The notes below the pieces were generated by a model, which was not told the origin of the DNA, made no database searches, and saw only the letters and a program-made list of their open reading frames with translations. From Vermamoeba vermiformis (Eukaryota): DNA of 64,000 bases. The position numbers and the translations under genes are program-made. Shown here in pieces: positions 11,891 to 22,749 of this stretch. How positions within the stretch are numbered: the first letter of the stretch is position 1; every line of letters starts with the position of its first letter. The stretch spans positions 1-64,000 of the forward strand of contig JBEWZL010000145.1 in assembly GCA_045837725.1 (NCBI GenBank), read 5' to 3'.

Positions 11891-13956
11891 TTACTGCTGT
11901 TGAGCACGAATAGCCTCGAGGATTTCATTCTTTGCCTTGTCAATGTAAGCGAAAATTTCGGCCTTCAATTGCTCGAGTTCAGATGCACTTGCTCCAGTGC
12001 CAGAAGCGGCAGTAGAAGTGTTAGTATTAGCAGTAACATTGACCTTTGAGGCAGTAGCGCGAGGACCAACGGCTGACTTGGCGGGTCCAGGTGAAGGAGC
12101 AGCCACAGGTTCACGAGGAGCAGGGTCAGCGCGAGGCTGAGGAGGATTGCTGTTCTGCTGTATGAAAGCCCGTTAGCACGTGACACCTGACCATCGCGGA
12201 AAATTTAGTGACTTACTCTAGCCTTCATACGGGCCAACAATTCGCTCTGGAAGTCGCCACCGCCACCTCCACCTCCGCTAGAGGCTGTGGGTGCAGCTGC
12301 GGCAGCCTTAGGTGCAGCATCCTTGGGTGCTTCGAGGGCAGGACCGCTCTTGTCGACGGTTTCGGCCTTAGCCAAAGCTTCTTTCTTTCGAGCAATTTGT
12401 TCAGCCAAGCTCAAGCCGCCGCCACCGCCACCGCTGCTAGAGGCAGAAGGGCCAGGAGGAGGTGGTGGTGGAGGAGCTAAGGATTCGTTAATCGAGCTGA
12501 AAGGAAATATTTTGAACGCGTGTCAGACTTACCACCGCCGCCTGAAGGGGCAGAAGGAGGAGCAGGGGCAGAGGGAGCGCTTGGTGGTGGTGGGGGAGGT
12601 GGGGGTGGAGGACCTACGATAATTATTAGAATTCCAGTTTTTGGCTTGGGAGAGCTATATTTGCCACAGTAACGTACCGCCAGCACCGCCTGAGGGAGCG
12701 GAAGGAGGAGTCGGGGCTGTAGGGGGTGAAGGGGCCGTGGGAGGGGTGGGTGGAGGAGGCGCAGAAGTGTGGCCTGAAGACGAAGGTCCGTCATCGGCTT
12801 TATCGTCCTTCTTGGTCTTCAAGGTCTTCTTGTCGTCGACTTTGCTGTCGCGCTTATCATCCTTCTTCTTCTTATCGTCTTTATCTTTTTTGTCGTCTTT
12901 TTTCTTCTTGTCGTCCTTTTTCTTGTCGTCTTTCTTGTCCTTCTTGCCCTTTTTATCTTCCTCGTGGCTTTCTTCGCTGTGCGGGCTTTGAATTGGTGGT
13001 GGTGGAGTAGCAGTAACGCCGCCTAGATTTTTAATTAATTTTTTTGTCTTGATCCGCAGCTGAAATTTAGTTATTTAGTAATATATATTGAAACGTACTC
13101 TTCAGCTTATTAATGCAATCAGCCATGCTAGTAGCAAATGAATTAGCTTCAGCAGGAGAGGCAAAGTTCAAGCCGTAAGAACCACGAGGATCGGTCCATT
13201 GGTGGAAAGTTTCCGAGGCCTTTTGATAAGGAAGCTCTTTGAAAATTGGAGAGTTGATAGTAGGCTATAGATAGAAAAACATTAGTATTTAATTACTGAT
13301 AGTAACGAAGTTCTAAAAAATCGAAGCGTGGATGAGAGCCAGTTGAACGTTAAAAGCGAGCATAATTCAGAAAATATTGGAAATGATAAGAAAGTTAAAT
13401 AGGCACGATAAATATTCATATTTTGATGATAAGACACGTCAAGTAATTGATCTAAAAATATCCACTGCAATTGATCAACGCTTCAGAAATCAGTTCGCAA
13501 AAATTAGTAGACAAAGGAGAAACTCGATCATATCAATAACGGGCATTTGCATGTACGTCATTGCTGATTTTAATCTAATTAATTGAATTTGAAAACTGCT
13601 CAACGGAGGATTTACACAAAATTAATTAAAATTTAGAAAACTTACAGAGTTGTTCTTGGCATCCAAAGCAACAACACGGTAAGTGTTAGTTGCAGGGTTG
13701 TGGTAAATTCCGACGCGAGAGAGACCCTGGTCTCCGGCCTTCCAGTTCTTGGCGGCTGGGTCGTACACGTACACTGCGGCGTTGGCGCTGCAAACAGGAA
13801 CCTCTCTAATATACCAAATAAGTATTTGAGCATGTACCGCAATTAAATGTTTAAACGTGGCTATTCAATCTAGATTAGCCGCACCAACGGCAGCATCCGC
13901 CATTGAGCGCTATACATTTATGTAATAATTAGAAAATTGCAAAGTACTTACGCCAT
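11891..13956 (-). CDS. VASP: Ena/VASP-like actin regulator (EVH1, poly-Pro, WH2-like, tetramerisation helix)
   Basis: EVH1 motifs YRVV, INSPI, YQKASETFHQW and YGLNFAS, poly-Pro tracts, LAEQIA and FQSELLARMK segments, and C-terminal ELEQLKAEIF...AKNEILEAIR. Confidence 0.85.
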
Positions 13957-14243
13957 CGTTGTTGCTTGTATGTAATTGAAAAGTTAAATGAGTCAGTTGT
14001 TCGCACATTCAAAAAAACCACAAATTTTTGTATCTCGCGTGCAATCTCCCGAGCAATTACGCGACCTTTTATTTAATTGTGCCTCACAATTTAAATGACC
14101 TACTATCAGAGCCATCCTAGGCACGAACTACGTTCCCGACGGTCTGCCCAGCTAGCCATAGAAATTGCGCAGTTTCGAAACTAGAGCTAACTACAATTTA
14201 TTAATTAACAATGGCAACTGAGCCCAACGCCTAACATGCGTGC

Positions 14244-15878
14244 TTAAAGGCTAGCAGGAGTACTCAAATAGTCTTGGATAGCTTGAGTGAAGCTGGCCTT
14301 CAAACTGCTGGGAACCACGTCGACAATGGATTGCAGCTGTACATTCAAGTACACAGGTGCGGCTATTTTTAAAAATCGTTAGTAATATTTTCATATCATA
14401 ACATGACATAGCCTCATCAATTAAAAATTTTGAAACATAAATCCGGATTAGTGAACGGTACACACGCGTGTTTGTCACTAAAATCGCTTAATGCAGGGTA
14501 CTTACAAGGAATCGAAGCGTCCCAATCGCGCCAGTTCTCAGGAGTGTACTTGGAGAACAGACCGCCCTTGAGCTCCAAGTAAGTCTCGCTCTCTTGCATC
14601 AAACCGGTGTTGAGTTGTTGCTTGTACTCCTCTCTCATCTTCTCGAAAGTAATGCCAACGGCTTGGTGAATAGCTCTCTTCATGGTAGGGTCCGAGATCT
14701 CAATTTGCTTGTAGAGAGTAGCGTCAATCTTGTTCTTAGGCTTGTTGAGGATCGTGTTGGGTTGCACGTTCGTCGTTGGATCTTGCGAAGGGGCAGGACC
14801 TTCAGTGAAGGGCTTGTTTGAGGGAGGAGTAGTCTCAAACTTGAACTTAATGCCGAATTGCTTGGCCAAAGTCTCAGCATTCAAGTCTTGGAAGTTGGTC
14901 ACGTTCACGAACGAGCGCATGCGCAATGAACCTCCGAGATCCGCTTGAGCAACGTAGTAAGTACCGAAGTACTTGAAGAATTGGAAGTACTGTGCTTGAG
15001 TGGTGTTCGAGTAGAAAGGCAAACGAGCAATTGAAGCAGCTGCAACGGGTGAGAGATCCAACAAAGCGGGTGGATGCAATTGCACGTTGAAGAAGATGTG
15101 AGTTTGATCAATAATGTTCAATCGCATCTCTGAGTGGCTCAATCGATCGCTTTAAATACAAGGTACGTTAGTTGAAGACTCCGACACTAAGGAAAAATCG
15201 AGCGAAAAATTTTCTCGCTAGTACCCCGAAATTAAGGCTAAATAATGGTATGATTCGATAATAAGCTCTATATGAGTACTATTGGCCGTTAAAATTCGGG
15301 TAAAAAATGTGATCTTGTTGCAGATTCTAAAAATGTCATTCACGACTTACGCGATCAAATGGTACTCTTTACTGTTGGTATATGACGCGATGTCTCCGAA
15401 AGAAAGTGATACATTGTGTTTGTGAGCCTTATCTTCTCTGTACTCCTCCGTTGTGTTGTAGAGCTGCCGTCGCATCCAATATTAGCAATGATGATATTTT
15501 TGACGTTCAGAAAATCAATTTTGCATTATGCCAATAATTATGTATAACATTATGTTGATTTAATTAGGCATATTATGAGAATTTTAAATGGTTACTTACG
15601 GTATTGGTTGTGGTGTTGAAGACATTAGGAGTTTTAATTGTTTGGACTCCGTCAGGAATTGAATAAGTTCTATTATCATACGGTGATGTAATAGTATCTC
15701 CGCTGTATGTCAATTTAATAACGCATAATGCAGGTTTGTCATTCACGGTGTCATAACCTAAGCCGATCAAATCCATGCCGGGCAAGGGCGCGGGTAAATT
15801 GCCATAGATTTCATAGCATGGAGGTACGGCAATAGCGCCAATGATGAATGCAACTAATACAGTTAATAGGGCCTTCAT
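14244..15878 (-). CDS. Secreted single-domain MACPF/perforin-like protein (MACPF-A)
   Basis: Signal peptide MKALLTVLVAFIIGAIA, LPGMDLIGLGYD, signature FFKYFGTYYVAQADLGG, KGG...W..SI, and last exon ending AIQDYLSTPASL*. Confidence 0.9.
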
Positions 15879-16012
15879 CGTGTTCTTGCGTGTCAACGAA
15901 TTGATGGAAATAATTATAAGGAACATTCCAACGCCATTGCAGTATCTCATTTTAGACTTAAATAGTCAACCACCGGTCTTTGTAGGTGACCTTTATTTGA
16001 CTATAAACCGAA

Positions 16013-19000
16013 ATGGCGTCCTCGTCGTTTCTGGTGGTGCTGATCTCGCTCGGGCTATTATTGCTTTCTGCCAATAGCTTTATCGAAAGCAAGTCAACCA
16101 AGGTCCGTAAAATAACCAATTGTTACGATAAATATTCATTAATTACGTAAACAATAGCCGGGTACTTTTTGGCAAGAGTTTGATCAGCTTTATGGAAACA
16201 AAATAGACTCAGTAATTGACGAAAAAATCAACCTGATATCAAACAGGCATGAATATAGCGGATAGAAGAATTTGTATAATTTTCTAACGGTGATTATTAC
16301 TCAGGCGGATTTTACGTCATGACATCCAAAATCAAATATCAAGCAACGAAAATGTTGACGATAAGTCAAATGATATTCCTGGGCTAGATATCATGGGCCG
16401 AGGATTTAATTTTGTCAAAGGCGAAAGCTCCATCCCGTTGTTCCAATGGAAGAGAAACGTAAGTAACGCGATCTGATCTTTTCTTATGGCTCGTATGTCT
16501 CATACTTCGGTGGTTAGCATCACTCTAAGTATCACTCTCCGTACACCAAGCACACATATGACGTTCCTGACGAGGTTTTTGTCGTCAACACGCCTGAACT
16601 GAGTGGTCGTGAAGAGGCCGGAGTATTTTCATACGTTGAAGACTATCAAACTCATTTGGCCAATCAATACGGCGTGAATGCCTCGTACAGCCGCTATGGT
16701 TTTGGCTTGACTGAAGACGTCAAGGTCCTCAGAGACGTGATGACTTCAGTGAGCAGAACTTACGGCGCTATGGAACGTGTCTACGTCTTGAACACGATGT
16801 CGTTGTTGCCTTTGCAATACTTGACGGTAGATCCGCAAGTCACGCGCTTGTTGAACCTGTTGCCTCGATTCGATGTGACGACCAAGCACGCCTATTACAA
16901 CCTGTTCGAGCAAGTTGGCACGCACTTCATTCACAACGCGGCCTTTGGTGGCTCAATGCAGCTGCAACAAGTCTTCGAGACCAAGAGATTCAGAAACTTC
17001 ACTGAGACTAGCGTGTTGGACTTGCTCAGTCTCAAGTTCGACTTCTTGAGCTTGCACGGCATTGTGCTCAGAAATCAAACTTGGCAAGAGTTGGTCGATG
17101 ACAATGTCACGACTACCTTCAACATCACCAACTTCAAAGGAGGGGATCCTTCGGTGGCATTCACATTCAATCAATACAAGGTACCAACGATATTATATTT
17201 CTCGGAGAAATGTCTTCCTAATTTGTGTTAAAGGAATGGGCCGAGACATTGAAGTTCTTCCCAGTCCCTGTTCGCTACAGATTGGTCGAGATCTCGGAGC
17301 TCGTTACGGACCTCGCTCTGAAGGCCGACATTAAGAAGGCGATCGCAACTTACGCAGCGGATTTGTTGGCCACGGAAGCTAGTAAGTTCTAATGCTTAGC
17401 AAGCTGCACTAGTCGTACTAATGGTTCGTTCTAGCGTTCAAGTTTGGACCTGCAACCAACTATGCAGATCCGGAACTGGGAGCCCAAGTGTTCGGCACAT
17501 CGAGTGTCAATCACGATTGCTACACAACAGAAACGTGTGGTCGTTGCTGGTTGTTCTGGACTTGCTGCAAGAACACTACTAGCTGCGTCCCTCGCAACAA
17601 CCAACCGAACCTCATCGCTGACGAGGGAATGGGCGGCGACTTCACTTTCAACGATAACGTAAGAAAAATTATAGCCCTGATCGATGTTGAACTAATCGGA
17701 TGCGTTTTAGGATCTGGATCAAACTGTCGTGCTTGATCTTGGCTCTGTTCGACGAGTGCTGCATGTTGAAGCGGATGTTACTCATGCTGGTCGTATCAAT
17801 GAAGTTTGGGACTTTATTGAAGTGTTTACTTCCAACGACAACTACATCTGGCAACCATTCGGCATAAAAGGCAAGAGAGACGGTATTCCTGACATCCTGG
17901 AGGAAGAGAACTACATTGCTCGATCATTGCCCGTTTCTGCTCAATTTATCAAGGTAAGCGATACCAGAAACACCTACAGCTGGTGGATGCAGGATGCAGT
18001 TTTCTTGCTTTCTTGTGGAAGTAGTGACCCGAACACGATGTTGCAAAACGTCTCGGGCACGACCACACTAACAAGAATGCACCGCTTCCCGTCCGATCAG
18101 CGAAGTTAAGCTTGTTCAGGCCTTCTTAGTACTGGGGTAGGAGACTACCTGGGAATCGGAGGTGTTGTGCTCTTTACTTTTTTGCTTTTATTTTTCTTAT
18201 CCTCCCGTGTAGTCTAGCCCTAATATTTGAAAAATTGAACTAATCCTCTTTGAGATCCCGCGTTAACTTTTTTATTGTAGATCAACTTCGGTCCTTGTTC
18301 GATCCACAACGGCTTTGGTTCGACCGTTCGTCGCATTCGCGTGTTAGGAGTAGAGACAAGCCAGCCTGTTGGTCATCTTGAGACTATTACTGACGGTCAA
18401 AATGGTGCAGTAGTCGGATGGGCTTTTGATCCTCTCGATCTGAGCAGCTCTGCTACCATCGAGGTCTATGTCAATGGCAAGCTTCGTACTACTGGCAGAA
18501 CATCTTTGCCTCGCCCTGACATTGCTGGCCACTTCGATCTCGCTTCAGATGCGCGTATTGGTTTCAACATCCCGTTGACACTTGACGCATCCATTAACGT
18601 GCACCAGATCTACGTCAAGTTCATTGGCGTTGGCGGTGGTTCTTTGACAACCAACACTTTGCAAAAGCTGCTTGCACCTCCCGCTGGCAAATTGCTCAGT
18701 GTCACGCCAACAAGGTACGTCATGCCAATGCTTCATATTCCGTTCCTGTTACTAATTCTTTTTAACAGCGTGACTGGTTGGGCTTTTGATGTTGCAAATC
18801 CATCCCAATCCGTCTCCGTGGACATCTTTGTCAATGGTGTAAAGCACATCTCAGTCATGACAACTGAGACTGACGATAAGCTCAATCAACTCTTCAATAT
18901 TGAAGGTGCGCACGTCTTCAAGGCCGACTTGAGCGCATTGAGTCCTGGCATTCACACTGTTACTGCTCGTGCTAACATCAACGGGGAACAACGAACACTC

Positions 19001-20472
19001 GCCAATTCATTGACACTCGACTTGCGGTAAGTACTGAGCAGAGGCACGCAATAACTTCGATGGTTCTAATCATCTGTCATAGTCCACCTCTCGGCAAGAT
19101 TGAGACATTGACCGAGAAGTCCGTTAGCGGTTGGGCAATTGATCCGTCAGTCCCTTCAAGCCAGTCAAAAGTGCAATTATTCATTAACAACCAGTTCGTG
19201 GCTGAGCAACAGACTTCGATTCTTCGTCAAGACGTCAACCAATTCTACAGCACTAATGGAGCTCATGGCTTTGACATTTCATTTGATATTCAATTGGACA
19301 CTTCTTATGAAGTCGTAAGTCGTAGCACATTTTGTCATTGAATCGCAGATACTAATGTGCTATTTAAGGCTATCTACATTCTACTCGGAGATGGTCACCT
19401 GGCTCTCGTCGATTCCGAAAAGGTGTTCGTTGATTCGCCCGCCAACCGTGACACGAGCATTCTCGGTCCTATTGGCATCGGTTTTGACGTTGTCTACGAA
19501 GAGTTCAGACTGCCAGTGGTAGCTTTGACTTACTCCAATGGAGTTACTGTTGATTTGAGTGCCTTATTGAACAACACTGAGTACGCTTTCGTGCCGGAAC
19601 CCGATCAAGTTGAACTCCACGTCAACCTTGGCAACCTTTTGAACGATACTAGCGCGATCTACAATACCACCAAGGATTACATTAACAAGCACGCCGAGGC
19701 TGTTGGTAAGTATAAGCTTATACCGACCGAAAAGTAGGAATGCTAACGGAGATTATTAGGTGCCAAAGAGTGGTTGTACGTCGGAATTTTCCAAGTCAGC
19801 GACACAACACGCAATATTGCCAGTCTTTTTGACAATGCCTACACTGTTGTAGCGTCTTATGAGCGTTCTGTCACCTTGTTCAACGTGCTCTTGTTGCCTC
19901 CTCCTTTGTTGAGTAAGTACTGCATTAGTTTATCCAGATCCAAATCGTTACTAATGATTTTATCAAATTAAGGCTTTGACACGTTTGCCAAGGGACTGGT
20001 TAACTCTTTGCCTGCGTATACAAACGAGACCGAGGCTCAATACCGCGACGTGATTCAACAACTGGGCACGCACTATTTGTCGCGCATGACACTTGGTGGC
20101 AAAGTCTCTAGTTTGACAGCCATTGATACGACCAAGATGAACATCTCCAATGAAGACGAGTTGACGCAACAAGTTTGCATGGCGTTCAATTACCGCTTGT
20201 CCGCTGCTGGATCCATAGCTAAGGCGAAATACGAAGAGTCGTTGACGAGCGAGTTCATTGATGGCTCCAAGTCTACTTTCAGATACGTCGGAGGTCATCC
20301 CGAGATGTATCGATTGGATGAGTCCGAGGAATGGGCTGCGACTGTTATCGATAACCCTGTTGTTATTGAATATCAGTTGGAGCTGATCAGCAGTTTAGTG
20401 ACGGATGCAATCAAGCGCCGAGATCTTGAGCAAGCTATCGTAGATTATATTAGAGATGCTAGTAGTATGTAA
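16013..20472 (+). CDS. Large secreted protein with two MACPF domains, a Cys-rich/discoidin-like domain and three GWA.D repeats (MACPF-B)
   Basis: Exons from 16305 splice in frame to the stop at 20472: IPGLDIMGRGFN...VGTHFIHNAAFGG (MACPF 1), VLDLGS...IEVFTSND..W...AQFIK, three copies of P.G.....V.GWA.D......V.vfvN, then IGIGFD...LGTHYLSRMTLGG (MACPF 2). The join of the first (signal peptide) exon is less certain. Confidence 0.85.
18055..18173 (+). rRNA. 5S rRNA gene nested in an intron of MACPF-B
   Basis: 119 nt. The 5' GGGCACGAC pairs with the 3' GTTGTGCTC. Contains the eukaryotic 5S motifs CCCGTCCGATC, GAAGTTAAGC (box A), TTAGTACT, GGAGAC (box C) and CCTGGGAAT, followed by T runs. Confidence 0.95.
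18173..18204 (+). terminator. Pol III oligo-T terminators after the 5S gene
   Basis: TTT, then T6 (18178-18183), T4 and T5 runs directly downstream of the 5S 3' end. Confidence 0.75.
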
Positions 20473-20649
20473 AACGAATAGTTTCGTATCTTAATGCATG
20501 CCTTTTCAAAGTTCTTATCCTGCGGATTACTCGGTAATTAACAGAGTATAGACTGCTTCCAAGAATTTATCGTTTAACGAAAAGTTGAATTTACCGCACA
20601 AAATTAGGACTGGTGCAAACCGTTATTGCAATTCTATGGATCTACTTTA

Positions 20650-22336
20650 TTAAAGTTCTTGCTTAAGTTTTTCAGCCGTAGCGGCAGGATAGTACTGTTG
20701 ATGTACGACAGGAACTGCAGCGAATTCAGCCAAGCTTTGTGCAACAAGTTTGGGCTCTATAGATGCTTTAGTACTAGAACTAGTATAGTATAAGCTTATT
20801 AAAGTGCTCAAGTACCTTCGAGAGCAGCAAAGTGACCACCGGATGGATGCTCAACCTCGCGCACCACGTTGTAATAATAAGGAATAAATGCAGAAATAGG
20901 CTTAGCAATGTCTTGGAAGACAGTAATGCCTGTAGGCACTGAGACGTAGAAATCATACGGGGAAGCATATTGTTTAGGAATTGTCTCCTTGTAAAGTCGG
21001 ATCGATGAAGTGATGGTGTTGTTGAGGTAATAGATCATGACGTTATTGAGCAAGTCGTCTTTGCTGTAGCGCGAGAAGATGTTGCCCTTAATGTCGCTCC
21101 AATGGTACCACTTGTCGATGATCCACGCAGCTAATCCAGCAGGCGAATCACTCAAACCGTAACCGAGAGTCTGCGGGAAGGTAGCTTGTTGGTAGAGATA
21201 ACCAATGCCCGATAAGAAGTTGAAATTGTCGTTGTGTCGCTTCGTGTCTTTTTCATCCAAGATCCAGTTGGGCTTGATGAACGACATGACAGCCTTGAAT
21301 TTAGCCCACAAACCTGCAATGTGATGAGCTACTACCAAGGCCAAACACGTGCATACCTTTATAGAATGGTGGTCTGACGTCGAGCGGGTTGTTGATGTGC
21401 ACGGAGAGACAGCTATCGGGGTGATGTTGACCCAAGAGGCGCGTGATCAACGAGCCCCAGTCACCGCCATGTGCCATGTACTTGGTGTAGCCGAGCTTCT
21501 TCATAAGTTTATTGAAAGTGTGGGCCATTTGAAGTGCATCGAAGCCTGTGTTAGAGTCAGTTTTGAGGCACGTAACAATTTAATAACCGGGTACAAACCT
21601 TTGTTACGGGGCTTGTCAGAGAAACCATAGCCTGGCAGCGAGGGACACACGACGTGAAAGTAAATGCCGCCGGTGATGCCGTGAGCCGACGGGTCTATAA
21701 TTTTGTTATAATGGCAAATAACAAGATCATGGCGTACTTGTCAACAGATCGACTACTTTGCTGCACTCGTAGTAAGAACCGGGCCAACCGTGTGAAATCA
21801 ACAGCGGAATTGCATCACTGCGCTCCTTAGACTGAAAAAACATTAGAATTGAGCTAGCTAAATATTGCAAGAGCTTACTTTAACGTGTGCAAAGTGGATG
21901 TCAAGTCCGTCGAGGTCAACCTTGAAGCTAGGCAGCTTCTCGTTCAATATTTGTTCTTGCTTACGCCAGTCATATTCAAATTGCCAATAGTGAACAAGAT
22001 CTTTCATAAAGCTAAGAATAATCGCGTCAAATCCAAGGAGAGTTTTAAAAAACATGACATACCTCAAAGGAACACCGTATGACCAATCATCAACATCTTC
22101 AAGCTCGTGGGGCCAAACAGTCTTGTTGAGTCGTTCTTTGAGATCTTTTAAAAATTGTTCGTCTGCTGAGACGCGGAACGGGACAGGCGAGCTCTCTTTA
22201 GTGGCACAATTTATTGCACTGTATTGGTTAATATAATTTAATTATTGTACTAGTTCTTGCTTGTTGCAGATCCGATCCAGGCTTACCCGAAGATGCAGGC
22301 TGATAAAAATACAGCGGCAATTATAAGAAGGCGCAT
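20650..22336 (-). CDS. Microsomal-type (EPHX1/JHEH-like) epoxide hydrolase with signal peptide and C-terminal KQEL
   Basis: EHN motifs (LKERL, YDWRKQE), HGWPGS, PSLPGYGFS, nucleophile GGDWGS, DSPAGLAAWI and GGHFAALE. Confidence 0.92.
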
Positions 22337-22749
22337 TGTGGTGTTCAGCACGAAGCAAGATTTCAAATGGAAGAACTCGGCTAATTGAAATTGTCATTTT
22401 GCGCGGCCAATCGATTTTACGAGAGTTCGGAGTGCTGCGTTCCGAGCGTAACTTCGATCTTACTCTTCAACAACGGACTCTGCAACTCACTATATGAACT
22501 TAATAAACGAACATCTATGACTTCGGAGCCAATCAGGAGGTATCGTTGGATCTGGCTAAGCTATTTTTTGTTCTCTCCTAGAATACCGAGTGAACTTAAA
22601 CCGTAGTCGTTGAAAGCAGGTTACCACTCCGCGGATTTACTTCTTCTTACATATTTAATAGCGAAGTCACCAAGAATAAATGTGGTGTTTGAACTTGAAT
22701 TGAGAGGTCTTGCCAAACGAGCGTAGGTCGAATTGTCAGAACAACACTA

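Noticed and set aside
17954-18109. C-terminal part of ORF 17729-18109 as protein
   Set aside because: It is read-through into the intron containing the 5S gene. The GT at 17954 and AG at 18280 join the flanking exons in frame.
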